This document shows, in pieces, positions 9,001 to 16,149 of a stretch of DNA of 20,000 bases. The DNA is taken from the IMG/VR virus record IMGVR_UViG_3300020474_000006, positions 55,194 through 75,193 of that record, one strand, 5' to 3'. The number at the start of each line of letters is the position of its first letter. Position 1 is the stretch's first letter. Source of the stretch: an uncultured virus (IMG/VR IMGVR_UViG_3300020474_000006) (taxonomy: Duplodnaviria; Heunggongvirae; Uroviricota; Caudoviricetes; Kyanoviridae). Both the position numbers and the translations under genes were made by a program. The notes under the pieces are model-generated. The model ran no database searches and was not told the DNA's origin. It saw only the letters and a program-made list of their open reading frames with translations.

Positions 9001-11556
9001 TTGTTCGGTATTTCTAAATTTATGATATGTTGTAAACCCAATAGTATCATTTGTTAAAGATACTTTTGCGGACGCTTCATCCGCAAAAAACTCTGGAGAA
9101 TTGTCAACCATTTTCATGTTGACTGTGCCAAATGCACCTGCACCATTTCCACCATCAATTTTAAGAGTTGGTGTTGATAGATAATCAAACCCACCATCCA
9201 ATACTCTTATTTCTCTTAAAGAACCAGATACTGCAATATGTCCAGTTGCACCGGTCCCAACGGTATCACTAATAATTAAATCTGGAGGATTTATAATATC
9301 AATATTATTTGATGGTGACAAAATATCGATACTTTCAATGGCACCATATCGTATAACATCCTCAGATTTATAATTTAAAACTTCGACACCATTAATTAAT
9401 ATTCCAGTAGTTCCTGGTAGTGTTTTTATTTTAACTCCCTGACTCTTTGGATCAATAATTTTTCTTAAGAGTTTTTGTGGTTGTAATGTTTTATTAAAAG
9501 AAGTATATGGTTGAATAATACTATTACTTACAGTTGTTGAACTTTCAACATTTACAAAATTTCCAGTGTTAATATCATCCCTACTCTTTGCAAATTTTAA
9601 AGTAAATCCATCAACTCTTGATACAAAGTAAAGTCCGTCATTAAATAGACCCGTATTTCTTTTTTGCCTGGTCTTTACTTTTCCTGAGGAATCAACATAT
9701 TTTTCATCTGATGTGCTTGCAGCATAATAAACTGCATCTCCAGTATAAAATCCGTGTTCTATTCCTGGAGTTATTTCAAGTTCAGTTCCTATAAACGTTC
9801 CAGAAAAAGTTATTTTTCTTGGGGTAACTTCGATTGGTTGAGAATTATATGAAGGAATTGATGGAGATGCAACGATATATTCTCCGTCATCATTTTTATA
9901 TAAATTATCAACTCCAGTTGAAAAAGAAACAATATTTGGAAAAGTATTTGAAGTTCCTTTTTGAATCTTTCTTTGTATAGAGGAAACCTGAGAATTTTCT
10001 AAAGAACCCTGACCTCGTATTTTGCAAGATTTTTCATTATCAACACTAATTACTGTAGAAGAAATTTTTGTTTTATCTTTTAAAACTATAAAAATAGAAT
10101 TACCAATCTTTAGATAATGCTTAGATTTTAGTGTAATTCCATAGGTAAAGTCTGAACTATCAAGTAATTCTACTTTATCTACACTATAACGAGGAGATAC
10201 GTTATATTCCCATTTATCCGTTTTAAAATTATTTTCGGAAATTCCATATGTAGTTACATTTGCTGTAGTTCCTTTTAAAAAGGACCTAGTATTTTTTGGT
10301 AACTTTACAGAATTATATACTGAGGATAATCTAACCTTTATTATTTCATCTTGATTTAATTTTGATCTACCGTATGAAAAAGTATTAATGCCAACTGTAG
10401 TGGCATCATCAATGATGCCACTTAAATTTGTTACTCCAAAAAACTGAGTTAAAGATTTTGAAGTGTATGATACAACACCAGTTGTAGTATCATTGTAAGT
10501 TACATACAATTCTCCTGTGGTTCCAAATCCAACAGTAGAGTCAACATCAAAAATGGTAGAACCAGAAGAAACTGCTCCAATGACTCTTGTAGATGGTTCT
10601 ACCTGAAATTGACCATATTCTACTCCAAAAACACCTATATCTCTGTTATATCCTCCATCATAGTTTAATTTATAAAAAGTTTGTCCATATCCAACTTCAA
10701 TTTTTTCCACCGAAGTTATTGGAGCATATGATCTACCAATATTATTATCAAACTTATATGCATCTTGATAGAAAGTTGCAGTATCTAAATTTTCTGGGTT
10801 TCCAGAAATAGGTTCTACAATTAATTGGTTTACAATTTCATATCTAGCATTAGATGGAGTAACCAAAAACTCCGATGGTCTAATGACAGAAACATCTTTA
10901 TTATATAATGCTTTAAATAAAATTTTATAGGATTGATCAGTTCCTTTACTAAGATAAAAATCTTTAGATTGCTTTACAAAAATATTTTGATTAAGATCTT
11001 CAGTTAAAGTTCTATTCTCTAATCCAGGAAGAAGTTGATTTTTTGTTTTGAGTAAAAATTGCTTTAAAAATAAGATACTCAGGTTTTCAATAGTTGAACC
11101 TGCAGAATGATCATCATATTCGCTTTCTTCAAATATTAGTTCATTAGTATTTGTACCACTCTTATACGAGGTAATTCCTACAAATCCTCGTCTACATCCA
11201 GTAAAAGAATAATCAGTTTTTCCAGTATATGTGATTATTTCATTATCAATTTTAAGCAATCCATAAGAATCTGGAAATCCAATTGTACCTGTAGGAGATT
11301 CTGAAGGGTCTACTTTAATTGTTTTATCATAAAAACTTAAGTCACCTTCAAGGATAGCAGATTCAACTACGTTTGTTGTCTCATCTAATTTAATATATTC
11401 ATCAATATTTTGAATTAGATCAACAGGTCCACTCTGATACTCTTGTCCGAGATAGTACTGCTTTAAAAAACTGGATACTAAAGGATAATCTTCCTGCACA
11501 TATTGAGGAAGTTGACTAGAAACAACACTGTTAAGTTGGACTCTGTTTTTTGACAT
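1..11556 (-). CDS. gp7: Giant baseplate wedge initiator (T4 gp7-like), 3' end outside the window, at least 3852 aa
   Basis: ATG at 11556 reads MSKNRVQLNSVVSSQLPQYVQEDYP. The same frame is open in every line I translated, down to base 1 (...DVIETVKKGDTLQLKHMAGSQAQSLDEDERSVL). Its absence from the ORF track fits having no in-frame stop in the window. It carries the motifs FVKQSKDFYLSKGTDQSYKILFKALY and QDNFYYQKFSYSLKS...HTLGYKKF and lies directly downstream of gp6. Confidence 0.9.
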   Translation of the reverse strand, partial: MSKNRVQLNSVVSSQLPQYVQEDYPLVSSFLKQYYLGQEYQSGPVDLIQNIDEYIKLDETTNVVESAILEGDLSFYDKTIKVDPSESPTGTIGFPDSYGLLKIDNEIITYTGKTDYSFTGCRRGFVGITSYKSGTNTNELIFEESEYDDHSAGSTIENLSILFLKQFLLKTKNQLLPGLENRTLTEDLNQNIFVKQSKDFYLSKGTDQSYKILFKALYNKDVSVIRPSEFLVTPSNARYEIVNQLIVEPISGNPENLDTATFYQDAYKFDNNIGRSYAPITSVEKIEVGYGQTFYKLNYDGGYNRDIGVFGVEYGQFQVEPSTRVIGAVSSGSTIFDVDSTVGFGTTGELYVTYNDTTTGVVSYTSKSLTQFFGVTNLSGIIDDATTVGINTFSYGRSKLNQDEIIKVRLSSVYNSVKLPKNTRSFLKGTTANVTTYGISENNFKTDKWEYNVSPRYSVDKVELLDSSDFTYGITLKSKHYLKIGNSIFIVLKDKTKISSTVISVDNEKSCKIRGQGSLENSQVSSIQRKIQKGTSNTFPNIVSFSTGVDNLYKNDDGEYIVASPSIPSYNSQPIEVTPRKITFSGTFIGTELEITPGIEHGFYTGDAVYYAASTSDEKYVDSSGKVKTRQKRNTGLFNDGLYFVSRVDGFTLKFAKSRDDINTGNFVNVESSTTVSNSIIQPYTSFNKTLQPQKLLRKIIDPKSQGVKIKTLPGTTGILINGVEVLNYKSEDVIRYGAIESIDILSPSNNIDIINPPDLIISDTVGTGATGHIAVSGSLREIRVLDGGFDYLSTPTLKIDGGNGAGAFGTVNMKMVDNSPEFFADEASAKVSLTNDTIGFTTYHKFRNTEQVIYRTFDDECVVGLDTSALYFVSVSDNVSVKLHSTQADALSGINTVNLTGFGIGKHALQSVNKKSVVSSVNIVNGGSDYETKKRTTHVTGINTSSNVITIKNHGYQNGEKIKYTVVGSVAEGLTNNTEYYVTSRDTDSFRLSAVGVSSDKEFYYRTKQYEDIKSVGVGTHVFNYPDITATLIGEVGISSIGTETFKANVQPIVRGQISSVHIENEGVGYGSSEILNYDRQPTITISSGKNAQVKPIISNGKITQVVVLNSGTGYKSTPDLRIVGSGVGAVLIPIIANESLSEIRVLEPGGGYDESDTIINIETNSETENQPAFYSNLKKWRVNLFEKNSPFFTKDDGVVSPSNYELQYFHLYPPRVLRESTYSVNSEGNVLYGESDLRKVSSIEVDSQQHSPILGFAYDGNPIYGPYGYTTQTGGAVTQLKSGYALDLKSGRPPLSIYPEGFFVEDYTHTKTTDVSTLDENNGRFGVTPDYPNGTYAYYMTVNNLQTEASGVFEKYKKPVFPYIIGENYYSIPDKFNFDPSSNQDQFNFQTSDLRRNTNPLNLIEDTQEYPYLFIPNKFNQTAKINAASPGTIDSIGILTGGSNYKVNETLVFNNSRTSGDSAYARISKIVGKPVSNISVATSSIAGVEIYPKSSGKYEVVCDNPHEFQNLDVIRITGLSTNASGIEGTYSVGISSNVLRLAGVGTTAVAIGTEGVTGLVTYFSVTGDILNTKVNDVLGIGTEKVKVLNVDFENSRLRVLRSVSGTVSAGHSIGKFLIEDSRNLDINTGITSTYKFTRNEEVYFDPSETVGLGTTAGIGIGSTLSFANPGAGITQKFIPTKTLYFKNHSFKTGDQLTYSTGNGGTGLYVQDETNVGLGTTLASGDKVFVARVDDDLIGIATVRVGLGTTGTFVGVAASHRGSSTLFFKGVGVGNSHSFTTNHTVITGEIKKNTVTVNTTEAHGISAKHRVDIFVNPRTNKNITVKYNDYNRNVVFNPLGFSSTGINTSTGVINIPDHKFKGGEKIIYNVGIGSDVSDGLINENIYYISRVDDNNFKLSNTYYDATKDIPVTVGIASTGLTGGNINPINPPISLYKDSTVTFNLSDSSLGYSVLGSSYPAFELNLYKDKDCKIRWNKSDDSKIFEYSSFGQVGSAGGESILRVNSNLPESLFYKLDLVYNASLPSIKSEITTDDDVISGNELKIVSSGYNGNHRLIVGSTTSFLYDLSELPESVSYASTISEIFYETDCTHTEGSIAKIDIINPGKNYYALPGISTLNSVSGDGAILEAQSSTIGSLKSVSIEDIGFNLPSDSTLNPRLLFPQSIRIEPLATLQSVGITSFGRGFSITPKLVVIDGKTKLPVTDVDLKMTLGSSEVKILKNTNGLSNLSPTIIPTLTDSGVGISTIEYFPTTKDALVTLSVGFSTVNSFPFAVGDKVLVESVSVGVGSTGQNYNSSGYAYKLFELTEVSPNLGGIGSVRFNMSNLFEEDQFPGQFDAVNSTARITAQKHFPTFSSDLVLNNYVIGETVTSESATGVVEDWNPITSIVRVSSKDNFVVGEKITGKSSRVVSIASSVTSFETYLEYDATSKVVRGWQSDSGELNYNLQRIQDNFYYQKFSYSLKSEVPYDTWNDVVSSTNHTLGYKKFSDYQLESTNSNQMSVGLSTELGSVDIVNDLNGFGNLNCVADFDLVTENNINSGTISDEMIFTNRILTDYFESVGNRVLSIDDISGEFNSEPRLTPFSVINTFSLSDARALKYVTYVRDKRYTQERQLLIVDLVHDGVKAYMNQYGRIETQYDQGSFDFSVSGTDGQLLFYPTKSTINDYNVTTLSYNISGIATVGTGVTYFGSGVLVDTSNTEVTSGSSSTIVSIASTYNSAKVLVSINPDSTQNDKFEMVELNVTHDGTTVELLEFGQLTTGGFDSFSGGVGLGTYSAAISGSNLEIDFHPGVGIATTCLVNTVQVALSQNTSGIGTTKLQFAEIDGRTTSISASGTPGVTTVSQYGNDYDSAYFIAQVADTTNGRYQISELVVVDDYLDATNSYDTYFTEYGNVETGVGLGTFGTSIDSTGTVSLLFTPNASIATKVTVFKNAVTLDQDTNLGVAITFSNASIGGEFGTYEGTESDIKRAFGLTHENNEIFERYFTGNDSSIVNVTSNTITIPNHFFVSGEKIEYVHVGTASSAVGIATTSFVGASNTTFLPGENIFAVKVDDNNIKIAASAENALKEVPEIVELESVGIGTSHRFVATNQNAKIMVAIDNLIQSPIVATSVTTGLSTNTSIFENIVKFSGITSFFGSDLIRVGSEIMKIEGVGIGSTNFIKVRRGWLGTKVAAAGTHALVTKITGNYNVVDNVLNFVEAPFGNTPIGSTTNPPDQRDYVGITTSSTFQGRSFIRSGITGGSNNSYNKNYIFDNINDQFNGTTNQFTLEQSSSNITGITNENAIILINDIFQVPSSDKDYVLSENSGITSVTFNGTSPQTPLGPDVGISSFPKGGIIVSVGSTEGFGYQPLVAAGGTAVVSSAGTITSVSIGNSGSGYRSGIQTNVSVGVRLPDVSGSTVIPVGIASISAGNITSVAITTDRVFYAPRSISNVGYNSITGLTTVTTSTAHGLSFGEEIIVSGIAFTCDYSGSGPVNVSNAIYDNISGIMTVTTSSAHNLSTTGQKSDVILTGLAFTCGLDGGSSTHVYPRTTDPAYCGSKVTSVPSTTEFVINVGVSTVPTFYQSGGVAQPALIAPRVSNNSASGFDPASQGSSVLRIIDSTNFEINTGVSTRTHFYARCGTVKKPIDIVIDDPTAYSNMRLFYSSSSAAGVGTEATIDVVVGNGSSVIDFQIDNTGYGYRDGAILTVAIGGTTGIPTTSSYSGNEFQVTVDEIADDKFAGWSVGTLQVLDNIEDLIDGARKDFPLKLNGAITSIVSSPGSKIDVQDVLIIFVNDILQEPGVGYEFTGGSTLTFTEALKIGDIVTIIFYKGNGDSDVIFRDVIETVKKGDTLQLKHMAGSQAQSLDEDERSVL

Positions 11557-11573
11557 TTTATGGATTTATCGTC

Positions 11574-13649
11574 TTAGTATGAAGAACTTGATCCTGAGGA
11601 TCCAGATGTAGATGTAGTTGTAGTTGGTGCAGAAGAAGTTGAACCTGTTGTGCCCCTTGTAGTAAACGTTCCACCAGTGGTGCCTGTAGTCCCTTGTGAG
11701 GTACTTGTAGTAGATGTACTACCACCTGCCCTAACTAGATTGCCATTTACGTAACTTGGTGATACAATATAATTTGATGCTGATGGATCTAACCCAGAGG
11801 ATATTTCATCAACAATCATTTCAACATTGCTACCCCCTATATCTAGTTGCAAATAAAGATCCTGCAATCCAACAACGTCATTAGATAAAGGAGTTGCTTC
11901 AATTTCTACAATTGGGGACCCATCTTTATTTTTTGCTGAAAGAATATTAATAGGATTAAGAGTTACAATGCCAGAGGCATAATTGATGGTTCCAGCATTT
12001 CTTCTTACAATGGTGGGTGATTGAGAACCAATAGATGGAACAGTAAACAAGAATATTGTGCCATTTATTCTATTAGTGTCAGGAAGGTCCCCCAAGTACA
12101 CCGGTCCATTAATACCCGCTACAGTAAACCCTGAAGATTTGATATTGTAACCATTCATTGATTTAATATAGAATTCATTACCAAATCCAATCGAATATTC
12201 TGCAAAGGCATTAATAACAACTCTTAAGTCTCTTCTCATCTTGACTGTAGTGATATTAGAAGTCACTGCTTCATGACTATCATCAATAATTTTCAAAAAT
12301 TTACTATATTTAAATCTAGCACCATACTTATTCATTTCAGAAGATTCAGAATATTTATTTGCGTTATTCTGAACAATAGTAGATACTGCAGCTGCTGATG
12401 GTGCTAAGTTTGTGTTATAATAAACTTTACTATCAATTTCCAAATAAAGATATTTCAAATCCAAAATTTCTGGAACAATTCCTGCAACAGCATATTGCTT
12501 TAGTTTTGCTTTAATATTCTCTTTCATCAAATTTGGTAAAAAATCACCAAATCTTGGTTTTATACTAATAAAAACTTTACCATATTGAGGTGGAACTAAC
12601 TCTTCTCCTCCAAAAACTGAAATTGACTCAGTTTCGGGATAAATTCTTGCCGGAATTAGTGTTTCATAATCATTTGCAGTTAGTGCTCTGTTTTGAGAAG
12701 CATATATGCGAGGAGCAAACTTCTTAATGGACTCAACACCTTCGATTGACTCACCTCCAGATGCAATTATACCTGTTGTGAGTGCGGAAATACCAGAAGT
12801 AACGATATAATCGGCAGAATTGCGATTATATTGAAGTCTTCCCGAGAATTTAAAGTTATTGACTCCATTTGCAGCATCTCCACTAGAAGTGATGTAACTT
12901 ACGGTGATGAAATTAGAGTCTTCAAGTTTTTTGCCAAAAATACCATCTCCAAAAATGACTTGATACCTTTCATCGTCAACTTCTTGAATAAAGTAAACTG
13001 TTGAATCGCCAGCAATATCAAATAAACTGTTTTGAAGACTATATTTTACACTTCTAGAAGATTGTTGGTTTGGTTTAACAGAAACTGTCATTAAATCACT
13101 ATCAATACCAATATTATCCAGAATAAACTTTTGTTCTGGGTTTCTTGCGTTATAAGTGAAGTTAGAACTTACTAAATTGCCCTCATAAATGGGAATATTG
13201 TTGAATTGTGCGGTATCATTGACAACAGGAACCGTAATATCCTCTAAAATTGAAAAAACGAACGATTGAGAACCAAAAGAACTAGAAGAACTTGCTACAA
13301 CTCCTTTTTGAAGGGTAATTGTTGATGGTGTAGGTGAAAGATCACCAGTGTTAATAAAAAATGTGATGGTAGCACGGGCAGCTTTCCTTGATTTTGGTGT
13401 GTACCCAATATTTCTCGCTAAAGAAACTACATTTTCTCTTAAAGTTGCACTATCAATGAAAACTTCATTTGCAACCATATTTGCATTGTATGAAGTAATA
13501 TAGGTATTGTATGCCAAAACATCAAGAATTGTAGAAAGGTTGGACCCTTCAAAATCATAGTCTGTGAAACTAGAATTTTCCTTTAAATATTCTCTAAGTG
13601 TTGTTTTAACCTGATTAAAATCCAGGTTAGTGAAATTTGATAGTGGCAT
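11574..13649 (-). CDS. gp6: Baseplate wedge subunit (T4 gp6-like), 691 aa, with an S/T/G-rich C-terminal tail
   Basis: N-terminal LDFNQVK...FTDYDFEGSNLSTILDVLAYNTY...SATLRENVVSLARNIGYTPKS, plus FGDGIFGKK and QNRALTANDY motifs typical of gp6. Sits between gp25 and gp7. Confidence 0.95.
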   Translation of the reverse strand: MPLSNFTNLDFNQVKTTLREYLKENSSFTDYDFEGSNLSTILDVLAYNTYITSYNANMVANEVFIDSATLRENVVSLARNIGYTPKSRKAARATITFFINTGDLSPTPSTITLQKGVVASSSSSFGSQSFVFSILEDITVPVVNDTAQFNNIPIYEGNLVSSNFTYNARNPEQKFILDNIGIDSDLMTVSVKPNQQSSRSVKYSLQNSLFDIAGDSTVYFIQEVDDERYQVIFGDGIFGKKLEDSNFITVSYITSSGDAANGVNNFKFSGRLQYNRNSADYIVTSGISALTTGIIASGGESIEGVESIKKFAPRIYASQNRALTANDYETLIPARIYPETESISVFGGEELVPPQYGKVFISIKPRFGDFLPNLMKENIKAKLKQYAVAGIVPEILDLKYLYLEIDSKVYYNTNLAPSAAAVSTIVQNNANKYSESSEMNKYGARFKYSKFLKIIDDSHEAVTSNITTVKMRRDLRVVINAFAEYSIGFGNEFYIKSMNGYNIKSSGFTVAGINGPVYLGDLPDTNRINGTIFLFTVPSIGSQSPTIVRRNAGTINYASGIVTLNPINILSAKNKDGSPIVEIEATPLSNDVVGLQDLYLQLDIGGSNVEMIVDEISSGLDPSASNYIVSPSYVNGNLVRAGGSTSTTSTSQGTTGTTGGTFTTRGTTGSTSSAPTTTTSTSGSSGSSSSY

Positions 13650-13652
13650 TTT

Positions 13653-14054
13653 TTACCTGGTTGGTTGCAAAACGAAATCTAATGATTGTGGGGGTATATC
13701 AGCACCGATGATACTGTATACTATTGCTACATTCATTACATTCCCGTCATAATCAGGAATAACGAATACATCTGACAATTTAACTCTAGGTTCATAGTTC
13801 AAAATAGACTGAACTATCTCGTCTCTAATATTAGAAGCAGTAACAGGGTTAATATTCTCAAATAAAAACCTGGAGACGCGAGAACCAAAGTCCTCATCAA
13901 AAAATTTCTCTCCAGGTTGTGTAAATACAATATTTTTTACTGAACGGGCAATTGCAGTCTGATTTTTAAGCGTTACAAGATCATCATTCAGAGGGTTTCT
14001 CTGAAAAGTCATACTCACATCTTTAAAACCTTGACTTACCCGTTGTATCGGCAC
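13653..14054 (-). CDS. gp25: Baseplate wedge subunit (T4 gp25-like), 133 aa, GTG start
   Basis: AIARSVKNIVFTQPGEKFFDEDFGSRVSRFLFE...ILNYEPRV matches the gp25/GPW family pattern. Immediately upstream of gp6. Confidence 0.93.
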   Translation of the reverse strand: MPIQRVSQGFKDVSMTFQRNPLNDDLVTLKNQTAIARSVKNIVFTQPGEKFFDEDFGSRVSRFLFENINPVTASNIRDEIVQSILNYEPRVKLSDVFVIPDYDGNVMNVAIVYSIIGADIPPQSLDFVLQPTR

Positions 14055-14075
14055 ACGAATATAGCGATTATATTC

Positions 14076-14083
14076 TATTTATT
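14076..14083 (-). promoter_or_regulatory. T4-type late promoter (AATAAATA) for gp25-gp6-gp7
   Basis: The minus strand reads AATAAATA 21 nt before the gp25 GTG, matching the (T)ATAAATA gp55 late consensus. It overlaps the stop codon of the upstream ORF. Confidence 0.75.
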
Positions 14084-14270
14084 AAGGATTTGGATCAAAA
14101 ATTTCACCATCAACGTCCAAATTGTCCGTTTTTGCGGTCAAATCGTCGTTTTCGATCTCTTGAAGCACTTTTTTAACTGGTAATGACCAATAATCAGAGG
14201 TTAAACTTGTTGTACCCCATACTTCACGCATGAATTTTGTATTTCTATTTGGATAAAGTTCGTCAGACAT
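14082..14270 (-). CDS. Hypothetical protein, 62 aa (MSDELYPNRNTKFMREVWGTTSL...)
   Basis: Start moved from the track's 14372 to ATG 14270, which overlaps the upstream gene's last codons and follows a GAGG Shine-Dalgarno-like sequence. Confidence 0.7.
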   Translation of the reverse strand: MSDELYPNRNTKFMREVWGTTSLTSDYWSLPVKKVLQEIENDDLTAKTDNLDVDGEIFDPNP

Positions 14271-14946
14271 CGGTGTTTTCCTCTTTGTTGGGTGATTCTT
14301 CACGTTCTTTAGCAGTTTTCCAAAAATATTCGTCTTCACGACCCATACCGAGACGTTCAAATCCATTTTCAACTTGATAATATTGAGTTGATACCTTAAA
14401 ATCAGGCATTTTTGGTTCGACAGGTGTCAAACTGTTATCAAAGATACGCATTCTATTATTTGGATACAGTGCATACTGTCCATTTTCAAGTTCAATCAGA
14501 TTATGTGACTTATGCTCTGCTGGATTTTCGCTTGTTGCATAGTCAACTACTTCAGGATCTTGATGGTAGTTATCTATAGTACAAATATATGTACCTTTTT
14601 GAATACCAAAGTCGCGAGTATACAATTCATAGTCCATAGAACCAATGAATTGCTTTGTAATTGCAACTACACCATAGTCCATACAGTTCCAAAACTGTAA
14701 GTTGGGTAGATTCATATCAGGACTTGGTGTTTCAGGTGCTGAAACAAATGCACTAATAGGTAATTTATCATACATTGCAGCATATTCAGGTAAGTACGTC
14801 TCAAAATAAAAAGTGCGCCCAGGTATCGACTTACACGATACCCAAACGCCTTTTACAAATTCGCCATGACCACTTTGGTGATCAGTCAAATATTCTTTAC
14901 GTACCCAGACCTCTACCGAGGGGAGATTGCAAATAAGAGCAGCCAT
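14263..14946 (-). CDS. Conserved hypothetical phage protein, 227 aa
   Basis: Long ORF with globular composition (NLPSVEVWVRKEYL...EHKSHNLIELENGQYALYPNNR). I recall this family lying upstream of gp25 in marine T4-like phages; function unknown. Confidence 0.85.
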   Translation of the reverse strand: MAALICNLPSVEVWVRKEYLTDHQSGHGEFVKGVWVSCKSIPGRTFYFETYLPEYAAMYDKLPISAFVSAPETPSPDMNLPNLQFWNCMDYGVVAITKQFIGSMDYELYTRDFGIQKGTYICTIDNYHQDPEVVDYATSENPAEHKSHNLIELENGQYALYPNNRMRIFDNSLTPVEPKMPDFKVSTQYYQVENGFERLGMGREDEYFWKTAKEREESPNKEENTDV

Positions 14947-14966
14947 TATGTATTAATGTATCTGTC

Positions 14967-15098
14967 CTATTTACCCTGCCCACGATAACGCTTTTTTGCC
15001 TTGTTGCGAGAGGTCGCGGATAGTAATGAATATTGTGACTTACCTTGACGAGTTTTTTTCGGTTTACCCTTTACATAGGTGCCGCCTTTCATCATCAT
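14967..15098 (-). CDS. Small highly basic protein, 43 aa (MMMKGGTYVKGKPKKTRQGKSQYSLLSATSRNKAKKRYRGQGK)
   Basis: Below the track cutoff and translated by hand. It has a GAGGT SD upstream and fills the gap between two genes. 14 K/R and no D/E. Confidence 0.85.
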   Translation of the reverse strand: MMMKGGTYVKGKPKKTRQGKSQYSLLSATSRNKAKKRYRGQGK

Positions 15099-15111
15099 AA
15101 CTTAATACCTC

Positions 15112-15882
15112 TTAGATTACGCGAGTTTTCTCATGACCAACTCTGATACGAGGATCGCACCAGATATCAAATCCTGCTTCCTTTGCATCAAGACAGAATG
15201 AGACATCCTCACCACACATGTCCTGTACATTTCCACTCTCAAAGACTTGCATCTTAGGAGCAAACCAAGGATACTCTAGATTCTCAAAAACTCCCTTCTT
15301 CACTAATACCCATCCAAATCCAGTGTAATCAACTGTAAATGGTTTCTTACGTTTCTGAATGGAATCGACAGTTTCGTGATTCATCACTCCACCATTAGTA
15401 CGGAACTCTTCTTCCTCTAACCAGTGTGCCACAGAAGTTGTGTGTCCATCTTCAGTGGCATACCATCCAGAAGTAATTTCCTTCTCTGCACCATCTGCAG
15501 GAACAGCAAGATCACAGAGTTGCCAAAACTTATTCGTATCGAACACAATATCTGAGTCAATCCACAGTTGATAGTCATACTGCAATTTTCCATCCCAAGG
15601 AATCTGCTTAGGACCACGTAGGACATTTGCACCTAAACACTTACAACGTGCAAAGTTAACCATAGATGAGTAGTCTTGACTAATCTGAATACTCATTCCA
15701 TTCTGTACCATGTCAAAGCACAGTTGTACGAAGTTCTTTAAGAAGATAAAAGAACATCCTCGTCCAGGAAGACAAAATACAATCGTCTTTCCTCTCATTC
15801 TTTCCTTAATTGCTGTAATGTCCCACTCAGGTTCCTGAGTCTTCTTGGGCGCATTTGCTTTTACAGTAAATCCTTTTGCCAT
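15112..15882 (-). CDS. Putative GT-A fold (GT2-like) glycosyltransferase, 256 aa
   Basis: DxD motif in LWIDSDIVF, an upstream ARC motif, TGFGWVLVKKGVFE, GEDVSFC and a terminal RVGHEK, the usual order of GT-A motifs. Confidence 0.75.
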   Translation of the reverse strand: MAKGFTVKANAPKKTQEPEWDITAIKERMRGKTIVFCLPGRGCSFIFLKNFVQLCFDMVQNGMSIQISQDYSSMVNFARCKCLGANVLRGPKQIPWDGKLQYDYQLWIDSDIVFDTNKFWQLCDLAVPADGAEKEITSGWYATEDGHTTSVAHWLEEEEFRTNGGVMNHETVDSIQKRKKPFTVDYTGFGWVLVKKGVFENLEYPWFAPKMQVFESGNVQDMCGEDVSFCLDAKEAGFDIWCDPRIRVGHEKTRVI

Positions 15883-15905
15883 GTTTTTGAAATTACTTCA
15901 GTTCA

Positions 15906-15934
15906 ATTCTATCAGTGTTTATGTAGTCTGTCAA
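15906..15934 (-). promoter_or_regulatory. Sigma70-type promoter for the glycosyltransferase gene
   Basis: TTGACA (15934-15929), 17 bp, TAGAAT (15911-15906), with TGn extension. The -35 box overlaps the upstream TGA stop. Confidence 0.85.
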
Positions 15935-16149
15935 TATGATTCATCTCCTAGAGGTTCTGTAGAAGAACCCGTACTACACCCTCCATGGTGCCGAATTACC
16001 TCCTCATATGACAAATCCTCAAATGTATAATCAGTCTTCATTAGACCAACCATACCATTGAGGGCGTTCCATGTATTATTAAATTGTTCCTCAGTTAGAT
16101 TGTTGTATATACATTCTTCTTTTGCATAGATGTGATAAACCTTTTCCAT
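15931..16149 (-). CDS. Hypothetical protein, 72 aa (MEKVYHIYAKEECIYNNL...)
   Basis: ATG 16149 follows a GGAGGT SD. The track's GTG start at 16182 lies in A-tract leader sequence. Confidence 0.8.
   Translation of the reverse strand: MEKVYHIYAKEECIYNNLTEEQFNNTWNALNGMVGLMKTDYTFEDLSYEEVIRHHGGCSTGSSTEPLGDESY

Noticed and set aside
1513..10811. Ten short track ORFs (eight on +, two on - in other frames) within 1513-10811
   Set aside because: All are antisense or off-frame shadows of the giant gp7 ORF, most with non-ATG starts and no recognisable protein motifs.
14512..16030. Track ORFs 14512-14700(+), 15417-15632(-) and 15845-16030(+)
   Set aside because: They overlap better-supported genes in antisense or alternative frames.
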